Part shown: piece by piece, positions 17,004-27,254 of the stretch
Layout of the letters: every line of letters starts with the position of its first letter
How positions within the stretch are numbered: the stretch's first letter is position 1
DNA from: an uncultured Candidatus Saccharibacteria bacterium
Lineage (GTDB): Bacteria > Patescibacteriota > Saccharimonadia > Saccharimonadales > AWTP1-31
DNA length: 64,000 nucleotides
Assembly (NCBI GenBank): GCA_964629815.1
Contig: CAZVTA010000003.1
Coordinates: 48,721-112,720, forward strand
Direction: 5' to 3'
The notes under the pieces: model-generated
The model's input: the letters and a program-made list of their open reading frames with translations, nothing else
Told to the model about the DNA's origin: nothing
Databases searched by the model: none
Position numbers and translations under genes: made by a program

Positions 17004-18290
17004 ATGCATAAACGAACAATAAAGGACATAAATCTGAGGGGCAAAACAGTACTGCTTCGTGCTGACTATAATGTGCCTGTTCGGTCTGACGGCATGATCA
17101 CCGACGATTATCGTATCAAGCAATCTGTGCCAACAATTCAGTACTTACTCGAGCACGATGCGGCGATTATTATTTGCTCTCATTTAGGTCGCCCAAAAGG
17201 ACCAAAGGATACTGCGGCAAGTCTTTGGCCTGTTGCAAAGCGGCTGCACTCTATGTTTAATCGAAAAATCGAATTCGTTACCGACTGTGTTGGACCACAG
17301 GCTACGGCGGCGGCTAAGGCAGTCAAGCCAGGGCAAATTGTGTTGCTCGAAAATTTGCGCTATCACCCAGAAGAAGAGCAAGATGATGACGCTTTTGCAA
17401 AAACACTCGCGGGTTATGCCGATATATTTGTGCAAGACGGTTTTGGCGTGGTGCATCGTGCGCATGCATCTACCCATGCAATTACCAAGCATATTCCGAG
17501 TGTAACTGGTCTGCTGCTCGAAAAAGAGTACGATGCAATTACGGCAGTCGTGAACAACCCTAAGCGTCCGTTGATGGCGGTGATAGGTGGAGCAAAAATT
17601 GCCGACAAAATAGAAGTGCTCGAGCGCTTTATTCAGATTGCCGATGTATTGGTTGTTGGTGGGGCTATGGCAAACACGTTTTTGCGTGCCGAGGGTATTC
17701 GTACAGGTAAAAGCCTGACCGACGAAGATGACATTCCGCTTGCAAAGCGCATTTTAGCGAGCGCACGCGCAGAAGCCAAAAAACGAAAATTTGTTTTTTA
17801 TCTGCCACAAGACGGGGTTGTTGCGACAAGCCTTGAGTCAACGGCAAAAACGCGGATTGTAGATTGGGACGCCCATGTGATTGCGAGTGTAGAGAGTTAC
17901 CCCAAAATCCCTGCCCGCAGTGCTAGCACAGTTGGTGCAGATGAACTTATTCTCGATGCAGGACCGTTCTCGGGGGCGTTTATTGCGGGCAGCATGCAGC
18001 TTGCAAATACAGTTGTATGGAATGGAGCCCTGGGTGTAACCGAAACAAAAGCTCTGCATGGCCCGGTTGGCCCGTTTGCGCACGGCACAGAGCTGTTGGT
18101 GGAGTCTATGCTGGGGGCATATGGCAACCGGCCGTTTACCCTAGTTGGCGGCGGTGATACGGTTGGTTACATTGAATCACGTAAGCTCACCGACCATTTT
18201 AATCATGTTTCGACCGGTGGCGGCGCAAGCCTTGAGCTGATGAGCGGAAAAAAACTGCCTGGTATTGAGGCGCTACAAAATAAGATATGA
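17004..18290 (+). CDS. pgk: phosphoglycerate kinase
   Basis: Motifs are LRADYNVP, SHLGRPKG and GGGDT. Length 428 aa. Confidence 0.93.
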   Translation: MHKRTIKDINLRGKTVLLRADYNVPVRSDGMITDDYRIKQSVPTIQYLLEHDAAIIICSHLGRPKGPKDTAASLWPVAKRLHSMFNRKIEFVTDCVGPQATAAAKAVKPGQIVLLENLRYHPEEEQDDDAFAKTLAGYADIFVQDGFGVVHRAHASTHAITKHIPSVTGLLLEKEYDAITAVVNNPKRPLMAVIGGAKIADKIEVLERFIQIADVLVVGGAMANTFLRAEGIRTGKSLTDEDDIPLAKRILASARAEAKKRKFVFYLPQDGVVATSLESTAKTRIVDWDAHVIASVESYPKIPARSASTVGADELILDAGPFSGAFIAGSMQLANTVVWNGALGVTETKALHGPVGPFAHGTELLVESMLGAYGNRPFTLVGGGDTVGYIESRKLTDHFNHVSTGGGASLELMSGKKLPGIEALQNKI

Positions 18291-18316
18291 AGTAAGGTAC
18301 AATAAGCATAATTACT

Positions 18317-19120
18317 ATGAGAGATAAAAAAACACTCATCGTCGGTAACTGGAAGATGAACCTGAATGTATCGCAGGCGAGTCTGCTTGCACATCGTTTA
18401 CACGAGAGAATACGCATACATCAGGACATAGAAGTTGTGCTGGCGCCAACTATGCTGGCACTGCAACCGCTAAGCCTACAGATCGATCGACGGAAGTTTC
18501 GTCTTGCAGCTCAGAATGCATATCATCAAGACGGTGGTGCATTCACCGGCGAAGTTTCGTTTAGTATGCTACAAGATTTGGTTCATTATGCCATTATTGG
18601 GCATTCAGAACGGCGCTATAAGTTTGGTGAGAGCCTTGAAATGGTTCGAGATAAAGTTGCTGCAGCGGTTCGTAACGATATAATGCCGATATTGTGTGTG
18701 GGCGAAACGCAACACGAAAAAGCACAGCATCAGACCAACCAAGTACTACACGACCAAGTTGTTTCTGGTTTGAGTAATGTTGTATCTCGAGACATTCATG
18801 ACATGGTAATCGCCTACGAACCGGTTTGGGCGCTTAGCTCGGGTAGTGACTATTTGCACCACGAGACACCTACTCCTGATTATATTGCCCGTGCAATTCA
18901 GGTTATACGACACAATGTATATGAACTTTATGGTAAGCATGCTGCCGATAATGTACGTGTGTTATATGGTGGCAGTGTTAACGCTGGCAGTGCACGTGGG
19001 ATTCTTGAAACAGAAGGTGTTGATGGGTTATTGGTTGGTGGCGCAAGCTTGAATTACGAAGAGTTTGCGGGTATTGTCGATGCGGCGTATCGTCTGCATC
19101 GTTCTGGAGGTGCACGTTAA
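18317..19120 (+). CDS. tpiA: triosephosphate isomerase
   Basis: Motifs are GNWKMN, IGHSERR, AYEPVWA and YGGSV. Confidence 0.92.
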   Translation: MRDKKTLIVGNWKMNLNVSQASLLAHRLHERIRIHQDIEVVLAPTMLALQPLSLQIDRRKFRLAAQNAYHQDGGAFTGEVSFSMLQDLVHYAIIGHSERRYKFGESLEMVRDKVAAAVRNDIMPILCVGETQHEKAQHQTNQVLHDQVVSGLSNVVSRDIHDMVIAYEPVWALSSGSDYLHHETPTPDYIARAIQVIRHNVYELYGKHAADNVRVLYGGSVNAGSARGILETEGVDGLLVGGASLNYEEFAGIVDAAYRLHRSGGAR

Positions 19121-19121
19121 A

Positions 19122-19457
19122 ATGGACGATCAGCAACGAACGATGGTTGATATTGCGCCACCGGATCGCGTGGCAGCAAGCCCGTACTCGAGACCCATTG
19201 TTACCGCTAACAGAAGTGCGACAGTTGACCCAATGGTTAACCCAATTTTGTCTATAAACCAGCAACAAAGTCGGGCAAAGGTTCTATCTGACTTGCCGAA
19301 TGCAGAGCACATTCATGCCATTCAGCACGATTCGCCCACAATTTCGCATGTACAAGATAGGCCTAAAGGCGTAACCTTTGTCCGCGTACTGATGACGCTC
19401 GTAGGAATGGCGGTGTTTGCTGCTGCAGGTTATTTTGTAACAAAGCGTTTTCTATAG
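19122..19457 (+). CDS. hypothetical protein with C-terminal transmembrane segment
   Basis: ATG 19122 lies 1 nt after the tpiA stop (the ORF opens at 19065 inside tpiA). There is a single C-terminal hydrophobic helix. Confidence 0.45.
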   Translation: MDDQQRTMVDIAPPDRVAASPYSRPIVTANRSATVDPMVNPILSINQQQSRAKVLSDLPNAEHIHAIQHDSPTISHVQDRPKGVTFVRVLMTLVGMAVFAAAGYFVTKRFL

Positions 19458-19480
19458 ATTTCTCTGTTAAAATATAACGA

Positions 19481-21661
19481 ATGCAACAAGACTTATTTGA
19501 GGGGCTTAATCCCGAGCAACGCCGTGCTGTAGAGACAACGGAAGGACCGTTGCTTATACAGGCAGGTGCCGGGAGTGGCAAGACTAAAACGCTAACGCAC
19601 CGGATTGCTTATATTATTCGTTCACACAAGGCCACGCCTAATAACATTTTGGCGGTTACGTTTACTAACAAGGCTGCAAAAGAGATGCGCGAGCGAGTTG
19701 CGAAACTGCTGGGTGTTTCGGCGGAAGATCGAACATTCATGGCATTTATGGGTACTTTCCATGCTATTTGCGTGCGACTTCTGCGGCAAGATGGCGATAG
19801 TGCGGGTATTAACAAAAATTTTGTAATCTTTGATGAATCAGATAGGCTTACTGCGGTTAAGCAGGCATGCAAGCAGCTGATGATAGACGAAAAGACGTTT
19901 GCTCCGCGTACTATTGCAAGCATGATAAGTAGTGCAAAAAACGAGATGATTAGCCCAAGCGACTATGCGGCGACCGTTAATTCACCGCTGGGTGAAGTTG
20001 TTTCAAAGGTGTACCCGCTGTACGAAAAAGCTTTACATGAGGCCGCAGCGCTTGATTTTGACGATCTTATTGCCAAGACCGTGCGGTTACTCAAGACGAA
20101 TAAAGAGGCCAGGGCGCGATGGCGACAGCGATTTAAATATGTCATGATCGATGAGTATCAGGATACCAATGCTGCCCAATATGCGCTCGTTAAATTACTC
20201 ACGGACACGCATAACAATATTGCCGTAGTAGGAGATGATTGGCAGAGTATTTATAGCTGGCGCGGTGCAGACTTCCGCAATATCTTACGCTTCGAAAAAG
20301 ATTATCCCAATACCACGGTCATAAAACTCGAGCAGAATTATCGTAGTACAAAACCTATCCTTGATGCAGCTCACGCAATCATTAGTAAAAATACCAAACG
20401 ATCCGACAAGCAATTATGGACAAATGTAAGTGGCGGCCAGCCGGTACATATTTTGCAAGTTAATGGCGAGCGGGCAGAAGGTGAAGCGATTGTTCGAAGA
20501 GTGCGAAACGGAGTTGATACAGGAATTCGCAACTATAGTGATTTTGCGGTGTTGTATCGGACGAATGCACAGAGTCGTTCAATAGAAGAAGCCTGCATAC
20601 ATTACGGTATTCCGTATCGCATAGTGGGTGGTCAGCGATTTTATGATCGCAAAGAAATTAAAGACATTTTGGCGTATTTACGTCTTATTTTTCAGCCCGA
20701 TGACCGAGTGAGTTTTGAGCGGATTGCCAATGTACCTACACGTGGGCTTGGCACAACATCAATTCAAAAATTTATCAGCTGGCAAACAACGGCTGGATAT
20801 CGTTTCGGGGAGGCTTTGGCGCGGTGTGGCGAATGTTCGGATATTACGCCTCGGGCGCGCAAACAACTGCTAGAACTTGCCGATATTATTCAATCCCTCA
20901 GAGAGCTCATGAACGAAACTACTACCGCAGGCCTGATTGATTCGCTGCTCAGGCGTATTGACTACTTGGCATTCTTGGACGACGGTACTGCACAAGGTGA
21001 ATCGCGCAAAGAAAACGTGCAAGAATTAATCAGCGTGGCTCAAGAATATCAAGACCAAGGCCTCGACGGTTTCTTAGAAGAGGTTGCGTTAGTGAGTGAT
21101 CTCGATACGGCAGAATTTGGTAATCAAGCCATTACGCTTATGACATTGCACGCCGCAAAAGGGCTCGAGTTCCCCGTGGTATTCATGGTAGGTATGGAAG
21201 AGTCGATATTTCCTCATTCTCGTGCGCTTTATGATCAGTCAGAAATGGAAGAGGAACGTCGGTTGTGTTACGTTGGCATGACGCGGGCACGAGAAGAACT
21301 TTACTTGCTCTATGCTTCGAGTCGTGTTCTTTACGGTGGCGTTCAGCATAATGCACCGAGTCGTTTTTTGTCCGAAATTGATGGCGAATTCGAAATGAAA
21401 CCAGATTCGACGTATGCATTTAACCAAGACTATGCGCCAAGTAACACTTGGCAGCATACTACCAACACACAACAGTCGAGTGGTTTTGACGATGAGGTAA
21501 CCTATGTGCCTGACCTGAGTGAGGGCGACGGTGTCCGCCATAAGGTGTTTGGCGAAGGTACGGTCATGGAGCTCGATGGTGACAATGCGGTGATATATTT
21601 TAAAGGCAAAGGCGCTAAAAAGCTCAATATATCGTTTGCGCCACTAGAGAAACTTTCGTGA
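19481..21661 (+). CDS. pcrA: ATP-dependent DNA helicase, UvrD/PcrA family
   Basis: Motifs are LNPEQRRAV, AGAGSGKTKTLTHR, DEYQDTN and the YRS..I motifs. Length 726 aa. Confidence 0.9.
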   Translation: MQQDLFEGLNPEQRRAVETTEGPLLIQAGAGSGKTKTLTHRIAYIIRSHKATPNNILAVTFTNKAAKEMRERVAKLLGVSAEDRTFMAFMGTFHAICVRLLRQDGDSAGINKNFVIFDESDRLTAVKQACKQLMIDEKTFAPRTIASMISSAKNEMISPSDYAATVNSPLGEVVSKVYPLYEKALHEAAALDFDDLIAKTVRLLKTNKEARARWRQRFKYVMIDEYQDTNAAQYALVKLLTDTHNNIAVVGDDWQSIYSWRGADFRNILRFEKDYPNTTVIKLEQNYRSTKPILDAAHAIISKNTKRSDKQLWTNVSGGQPVHILQVNGERAEGEAIVRRVRNGVDTGIRNYSDFAVLYRTNAQSRSIEEACIHYGIPYRIVGGQRFYDRKEIKDILAYLRLIFQPDDRVSFERIANVPTRGLGTTSIQKFISWQTTAGYRFGEALARCGECSDITPRARKQLLELADIIQSLRELMNETTTAGLIDSLLRRIDYLAFLDDGTAQGESRKENVQELISVAQEYQDQGLDGFLEEVALVSDLDTAEFGNQAITLMTLHAAKGLEFPVVFMVGMEESIFPHSRALYDQSEMEEERRLCYVGMTRAREELYLLYASSRVLYGGVQHNAPSRFLSEIDGEFEMKPDSTYAFNQDYAPSNTWQHTTNTQQSSGFDDEVTYVPDLSEGDGVRHKVFGEGTVMELDGDNAVIYFKGKGAKKLNISFAPLEKLS

Positions 21662-22140
21662 AACATCTAAGACTCATTATAGGCAGGGCGGCGCTAATAT
21701 TTGGATGGCCTGTCCTTTGGGTATATTTTCGTGTTCAACCGTCTCGAACGCGGGTCGTGGTGGTGTACGACACAAAAATACTCATGGTGCGGTCATGGGT
21801 AGGTTCGGGTAAGTTTGGTTTGCCGGGCGGAGGTCTACACAGAGGAGAAGACGAAAGGGTCGGTGCGGTACGTGAGTTACAAGAAGAAACCGGTATTCGC
21901 GTTCAGCCGAGTCAACTCATCAAGTTTATGGATCTTTCACAAGGAGATCACGGCTTTACGTATACCCAGCATTGCTATTATGTTTTTCTACAGAACAACC
22001 CGGCAATTACATTGCAGAAAAATGAAATTATTGATTATGTGTGGCTTGATTTCACCCATGCACTTGAAAAAGCAGGCAATACAACCGCCGCAGCGATACT
22101 TGGCGAGTTCTCGAATAGTGCAAATTTTGATACACTGTAA
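21658..22140 (+). CDS. NUDIX hydrolase
   Basis: Nudix box GGGLHRGEDERVGAVRELQEETGI. The GTG start overlaps the pcrA stop (GTGA). Confidence 0.8.
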   Translation: MKHLRLIIGRAALIFGWPVLWVYFRVQPSRTRVVVVYDTKILMVRSWVGSGKFGLPGGGLHRGEDERVGAVRELQEETGIRVQPSQLIKFMDLSQGDHGFTYTQHCYYVFLQNNPAITLQKNEIIDYVWLDFTHALEKAGNTTAAAILGEFSNSANFDTL

Positions 22141-22189
22141 GGTGATAACTTGGTCTCAGAGTAGGGTATCGGAGTAGTACTTGGGGGTT

Positions 22190-23476
22190 ATGCGTAGAAG
22201 TAAAAAAAATGCTAGACGGTATGTTCTGCGCCACTATAAGCGGCGTGTCAGAGATGTTGGTCGACTAAAAAACCACCCATTTGCTATTCCTGTAACAACA
22301 TTCTTGATTTTGTTTGTACTTACGATAATCGGGTATGTTGCGGGCGGCAGTACAGTTATTGGTGCAAGTGACTCTCGTGTAGTTCAGCTCTCTATAGATG
22401 GCCAGGTCCAAACACTGCCCACGCGTGCGCCAACAGTTGCAGATTTATTTAAGCGTCTGAACATAACTGTTCAACCGGAAGATCTGGTAGAGCCTTCGCT
22501 TGATTCGCAAATACTAGAAGACAACACCAAAGTGAGCTTGCACCGTGCTCGGCCTATCACTATTGTCGATGGTGCGAGCAAGGTCGTAGTCCTGTCTGCT
22601 TACCAGCAACCACGAACTGCGGTACAAAAGGCTGGCTACAGTGTTTCAAGTGAAGATGCTGTTGAACAGAAAAACGTTATGACTGACAATAAACTTATTC
22701 TTGGAGAGCAGCTTGTGATCGATCGGGCGGTATCAGTTACGTTGAATCTGTACGGTAACCCCGTGCAAGTTAATACGCGTGCAGATACGGTTAGAGACCT
22801 ATTGAATGAAAAACAAATAAGCATGACCATAGACGGCCAGGTATTCCCTTCGCCAACAACACGACTCGAATCTGGCCAGACAATAATCGTCGCTCAGCAG
22901 GGGAAAAAGGTTATTGTATCTGAAGAAGACATTCCATTTACTAAAGAAACCAAGGAAGATCCAGCGGTACCGGTTGGCGAGAACAAGATTGTGCAGACAG
23001 GCCAGAACGGTAAAAAAGTTGTTGCTTACGAAGTAGCGGCAGACGGCACCAAGCGTATTTTGCAACAGTTCGAAGCCAAGAAGCCTATTAAGGAGATAAC
23101 GTCTAAGGGTGCAAAAGTATTAGTGCTGGGAACGAAGGCAGAATGGCTGGTAGCAGCGGGCGTGCGGCCGGCTGATTATGCTGCCGCAGACTATATTATT
23201 AGCGCCGAGTCGGGTTGGTGTCCGACTAAGTGGCAGGGTGAGTATGGGCGATGTCCTGCCTACCATGGGGCACCTACCTCGCCTCGCGTTGGGTACGGGC
23301 TGTGCCAAGCTACACCGGCAAGTAAAATGTCTACCGCAGGCGCAGACTGGGCAAGTAACCCGGTTACGCAACTCAAGTGGTGTACGAATTATGCGGTTAC
23401 TAGATACGGTGGTTGGCAGCAGGCAGCAAACGCGTGGCGATCACGAATCGTTACTACTGGTCATGGCTGGTGGTAG
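22190..23476 (+). CDS. cell-wall protein with DUF348-like repeats, G5 domain and C-terminal lysozyme/Rpf-like domain
   Basis: N-terminal TM anchor, then three repeats of VxLxxDG...T.A.TV.DLL type. The G5-like stretch is IPFTKETKEDPAVPVGENKIVQTGQNGKK. The C-terminal domain is Cys/Trp-rich. I chose ATG 22190 over TTG 22181. Confidence 0.65.
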   Translation: MRRSKKNARRYVLRHYKRRVRDVGRLKNHPFAIPVTTFLILFVLTIIGYVAGGSTVIGASDSRVVQLSIDGQVQTLPTRAPTVADLFKRLNITVQPEDLVEPSLDSQILEDNTKVSLHRARPITIVDGASKVVVLSAYQQPRTAVQKAGYSVSSEDAVEQKNVMTDNKLILGEQLVIDRAVSVTLNLYGNPVQVNTRADTVRDLLNEKQISMTIDGQVFPSPTTRLESGQTIIVAQQGKKVIVSEEDIPFTKETKEDPAVPVGENKIVQTGQNGKKVVAYEVAADGTKRILQQFEAKKPIKEITSKGAKVLVLGTKAEWLVAAGVRPADYAAADYIISAESGWCPTKWQGEYGRCPAYHGAPTSPRVGYGLCQATPASKMSTAGADWASNPVTQLKWCTNYAVTRYGGWQQAANAWRSRIVTTGHGWW

Positions 23477-23503
23477 TCGCTGAATCCTGTACAATATTAT
23501 CCA

Positions 23504-24289
23504 ATGGAACCTATACCTAAAAAGTCGCTTGGCCAACATTGGTTAGCGGACGAGCAAGCCTTGTTTGCAATGTGCGATGCGGTGAATGTTGGTCCGACGG
23601 ATACGGTTCTAGAGATAGGTCCGGGCCTGGGCACCTTAACGCAGTTACTCGTACAACGTGCAAAAAAAGTTATTGCAGTTGAGTTTGATAGTACGCTCGC
23701 GCACCAACTGTCATCGCGCGTGCCAGCGAACAATCTCGAGGTTATCGAAGCAGACATACTACGGTTCGATGTTACAAAACTGCCACCACACTACAAGGTT
23801 GTTGCCAATATTCCGTATTATCTTACGAGCAATCTTTTGCGTGTTTTGTGCGAATCGGCAAATCCGCCGCAAAGCATGGCGCTCTTAATGCAGAAAGAAG
23901 TTGCCGAACGAGCGGTTGCGCTTCCTGGTGATATGTCTATGTTGAGTATTAGTGTGCAGTTCTATTGCGAAGCAAGTCTCGGCATGGTTGTTCCAGCAGT
24001 ATTATTTACGCCACCCCCCAAAGTCGACTCACAAATTCTTATTCTGCAGTATCGTAACAAGCCTTTGTTTGACGGCGTTGATTCAAAAATATTATTCCGA
24101 ATTATCAAGGCGGGTTTTTCCCAAAAAAGGAAAAAATTGCGCAGCAGCTTGTCCGCTGGTTTACGGCTTTCAAAGCAGCAGATAGAAGATTTACTTCAAC
24201 AGAGTGGCGTTGACCCGTCGGCACGCCCACAAGAGTTATCGCTAAAGGAGTGGTTTAGTGTCTATGAAGCGTACGAAGCGGCCAATTAG
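23504..24289 (+). CDS. rsmA: 16S rRNA (adenine1518/1519-N6)-dimethyltransferase
   Basis: Motifs are LGQHWL, VLEIGPGLGTLT and NIPYYLTS. Confidence 0.9.
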   Translation: MEPIPKKSLGQHWLADEQALFAMCDAVNVGPTDTVLEIGPGLGTLTQLLVQRAKKVIAVEFDSTLAHQLSSRVPANNLEVIEADILRFDVTKLPPHYKVVANIPYYLTSNLLRVLCESANPPQSMALLMQKEVAERAVALPGDMSMLSISVQFYCEASLGMVVPAVLFTPPPKVDSQILILQYRNKPLFDGVDSKILFRIIKAGFSQKRKKLRSSLSAGLRLSKQQIEDLLQQSGVDPSARPQELSLKEWFSVYEAYEAAN

Positions 24290-25130
24290 GCCATTTAGAA
24301 ATTTTTGGCGAAAAGAGCAGCGCTTTGTTCGTAGACACAAGAGTATACATATTGGCTGGGTTATTTTATCGAGTGCGGTGTTGTGTCTTTTGATTGTGGG
24401 CTCGGTGTTTGCGCTTATTAATCCTGGCGAGCCATTACCACTGCAACCAATTGTTCGCACTGTGCAACAAGGTGCATCTTCCGAAGAGCAAAAGTCCGTT
24501 TCAGCTGAACAATCTAAGCCAACTAAACCAAATACGACAGCCAAAACGAACCCTACGCCAAAAGCACAGCCTTGCGTAAAAGCCTCGTATAGTACTGCGC
24601 AGCCCTTGGCGATATCAACTGCCAATGCTGGGCTCAAGACAAATGTTAAAACCACCACCTACGATGTGTTCGGCAATACGGTCAACGAAGTGCGAAACCA
24701 GCTTTCGGCTTGCACACCCTTCAGTCCATACGACGCCTATACAAGTTGGTATATAAACTGGCAGTACGGGTTTTTATATACTGAAGAAGACGGCTGTAAG
24801 CTAACCGATGCAACGGTGGGCGTGCAGGTTCAACATATGTATCCCAAATGGCAATCGTCTGCCGGAGCAGAAAATGGCCTTGCGACGAAATGGCAAAATT
24901 ACATATCCAAACTAACGCTTCACGAAGAGGGTCACCGCTCACGTTATATCCAGTATGGTCAAAAAATCCTATCTGGTTTGCAGACTATGCCAACTCAAAA
25001 TGACTGTTCTGTACTGGAGCAACAGGCAAATAGCAAGGCGGGTGCCTTCGTAGAAGAGCTGAAGCAGATAGACGCAGCGTACGATGACGAAACCGGCCAT
25101 GGTGCAACCCAGGGTGCCGTGTTTCCTTGA
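24258..25130 (+). CDS. exported zinc-metallopeptidase-like protein (HExxH; DUF922-like)
   Basis: GTG 24258 lies 7 nt after AAGGAG and overlaps the end of rsmA. It has an N-terminal TM anchor and an LHEEGH motif near the C-terminus. Confidence 0.55.
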   Translation: MSMKRTKRPIRPFRNFWRKEQRFVRRHKSIHIGWVILSSAVLCLLIVGSVFALINPGEPLPLQPIVRTVQQGASSEEQKSVSAEQSKPTKPNTTAKTNPTPKAQPCVKASYSTAQPLAISTANAGLKTNVKTTTYDVFGNTVNEVRNQLSACTPFSPYDAYTSWYINWQYGFLYTEEDGCKLTDATVGVQVQHMYPKWQSSAGAENGLATKWQNYISKLTLHEEGHRSRYIQYGQKILSGLQTMPTQNDCSVLEQQANSKAGAFVEELKQIDAAYDDETGHGATQGAVFP

Positions 25131-25171
25131 CACGTTAAGGATAAAGAGCATACCATAGAATCGGTACTGTT

Positions 25172-25615
25172 ATGCCAGTAGATAATATAGGCTACTTGCT
25201 CAACCATGTAGCATTCATCATGGGTCGCCACTCTGACCAAGTTTTGCTTGAACGACTTGGCCTCGGCTTTAGTCAGTTCAAAATCATGATGGTACTCAGG
25301 CTCAACCCGCACATTCGGCAAAAAGCTATCGCTGAAAAGCTTGGGCAAACCGAAGCGAGTATTAGTAGGCAAATAAAGCTACTGCACGAGCAAAATATGC
25401 TGCAATCTGTCCCCCGACCAGATAATAGGCGCGAGCACATAACAACATTAACAACAAAGGGCGAGCGGCTTATAGACGAGGCATTCGATATACTTAATAC
25501 GTATCATGCGCCTGTCTTTGATGCACTCAACCCAAAGCAACAAAAAGTGTTTATAGAATGTTTACACATCATGCACCAGCAGACATGTGGCGGGCAAATC
25601 GATAACTGCTTATAA
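25172..25615 (+). CDS. MarR-family transcriptional regulator
   Basis: A 147-aa protein with the winged-HTH pattern (IAEKLGQTEASISRQIKLL ... DNRREHITTLTTKG). Confidence 0.8.
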   Translation: MPVDNIGYLLNHVAFIMGRHSDQVLLERLGLGFSQFKIMMVLRLNPHIRQKAIAEKLGQTEASISRQIKLLHEQNMLQSVPRPDNRREHITTLTTKGERLIDEAFDILNTYHAPVFDALNPKQQKVFIECLHIMHQQTCGGQIDNCL

Positions 25616-25628
25616 CGAAAGGAAACGT

Positions 25629-26903
25629 GTGTCAAAAAGTTCATCAAAGCTTGAAGGTAGGGCATTGCCCGTAGTTCTGTTTACGGTATTTCTGGATGTC
25701 TTGGGTGTCGGTATATTAATACCTGTTTTACCCCAGTTAATATTTCATATGTTTATCCCCGCTGGATTCACGCGCAACGAGTCGCTGATCTTGTTGGGTT
25801 GGTTGACTGCAATTTTTCCGCTTATGCAGTTTTTTGCAACACCAATTCTTGGCCAGTTGTCCGATCGTTTTGGTCGTAAAAAAGTGCTCGGTTTTAGCTT
25901 GGCTGGAACGGGTATTGGGTATGCGTTATTTGCCATCGCCATCATTACGAAGAACATTCCATTGCTATTTGCAGCACGAGCTCTCGACGGTATCACCGGA
26001 GGTAATATTAGCGTCGCGCGAGCGGTTGTGGCAGACGTTACACCTGAAGAACACCGCACGCGCAACTTTGGTTTAATTGGTGCCTGTTTTGGTCTTGGTT
26101 TTGTGCTTGGTCCGTATATCGGCGCACGGCTTGCCAGCCCTAACATTGACTTCTTCGGGCTATTTAGTACGCCTCATTGGTTTAGCGCTTCGACCCCATT
26201 TTGGTTTACCGCCATCTTAAGCGCACTTAATGTGTTGCTCGTACTGTTTATTTTGCCAGAGACACACAAGCACATAAATAACAAAGTAAAGCTTGTATGG
26301 AACAAGTCATTGCAGAACATTAAACAAGCAGCTACAAGCCCTGGTCTAAGAGTTGTTTTTAGTGCAAACTTCTTTTATTGGGGCGGTTTTACGTTCTTTA
26401 CGACGTTCTTCCAAATTCTACTGATTGAAAAACTTGGCTTTAAGCAGAATAATGTTGGCGACTTTTTTGCGTATATAGGTATTTGGATCGCCGTTTCCCA
26501 GGCGACACTAACACCACTCTTGACTCGTTTTCGTAACGATACAATCTTGCGCTTTAGTCTTGCCGGAACAGGCATAGCATTGCTCTTGCAGCTGTTGCCA
26601 AACAATACCACACAACTGTTAATGGTTGCACCGTTCATTGCTATCTTTAACGGTCTGACACTTGCAAACGCAACAGCGCTGGTTAGTCGATCGGTTGGGC
26701 CAGAGATCCAGGGCGAAGTGCTTGGTATCGACTCAAGTGTACAGGCCCTAGCACAGGCAATACCGGCAGTCATTAGTGGTTATGTTGCAACCCTTGGTAT
26801 TAGTGTTCCGGTTATTGTAGGTGCGAGTACAATTCTGACCGGTTCATTGCTATTCAATGTCTTTTATCGACGACCTAAAAAAGTTCTCCATCAGGTGGTG
26901 TAG
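25629..26903 (+). CDS. MFS transporter
   Basis: About 12 hydrophobic segments and the MFS loop motif GQLSDRFGRKK. I preferred GTG 25629 after AGGAAA. An alternative GTG at 25587 would overlap marR. Confidence 0.85.
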   Translation: MSKSSSKLEGRALPVVLFTVFLDVLGVGILIPVLPQLIFHMFIPAGFTRNESLILLGWLTAIFPLMQFFATPILGQLSDRFGRKKVLGFSLAGTGIGYALFAIAIITKNIPLLFAARALDGITGGNISVARAVVADVTPEEHRTRNFGLIGACFGLGFVLGPYIGARLASPNIDFFGLFSTPHWFSASTPFWFTAILSALNVLLVLFILPETHKHINNKVKLVWNKSLQNIKQAATSPGLRVVFSANFFYWGGFTFFTTFFQILLIEKLGFKQNNVGDFFAYIGIWIAVSQATLTPLLTRFRNDTILRFSLAGTGIALLLQLLPNNTTQLLMVAPFIAIFNGLTLANATALVSRSVGPEIQGEVLGIDSSVQALAQAIPAVISGYVATLGISVPVIVGASTILTGSLLFNVFYRRPKKVLHQVV

Positions 26904-26934
26904 AGCCTTCGGGTTCTGCACGTAGTTTTATGTT

Positions 26935-27210
26935 TTAAGATGCGTGTTCGGAGTGCCGGATGCCAAAGTTAAAAGCTTGAATCCCAACAGCTACTATTCC
27001 ATAAGCTCTAACCCACGAGTTATCTGTGATGCCGCTTTCAGGGATATGCCCGGAAATTGCCACATACACATTGCCGGCAATAAGAGTAAGTCGTCCCATG
27101 CATTCTGCAGCATAACGAGCCGATAATTGGGATTTACGCGTTTCCAGCTGATCAAGAGTATGCTGCTCAGGAGCAATTGTTGCTTCATTCATGCTAAAAC
27201 TATACCACAT
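26935..27210 (-). CDS. hypothetical small protein
   Basis: A 91-aa ORF with no SD and no family recognised. The start could be ATG 27192. Confidence 0.3.
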   Translation of the reverse strand: MWYSFSMNEATIAPEQHTLDQLETRKSQLSARYAAECMGRLTLIAGNVYVAISGHIPESGITDNSWVRAYGIVAVGIQAFNFGIRHSEHAS

Positions 27211-27254
27211 GATGAGAACGCCAAGTTTAATAGGCTCTGGTATATAATGAAGTT

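Noticed and set aside
19122-19457. secG, which commonly follows tpiA.
   Set aside because: The product has one C-terminal hydrophobic helix and a long polar N-terminus. SecG has two TM helices with a Gly-rich loop.
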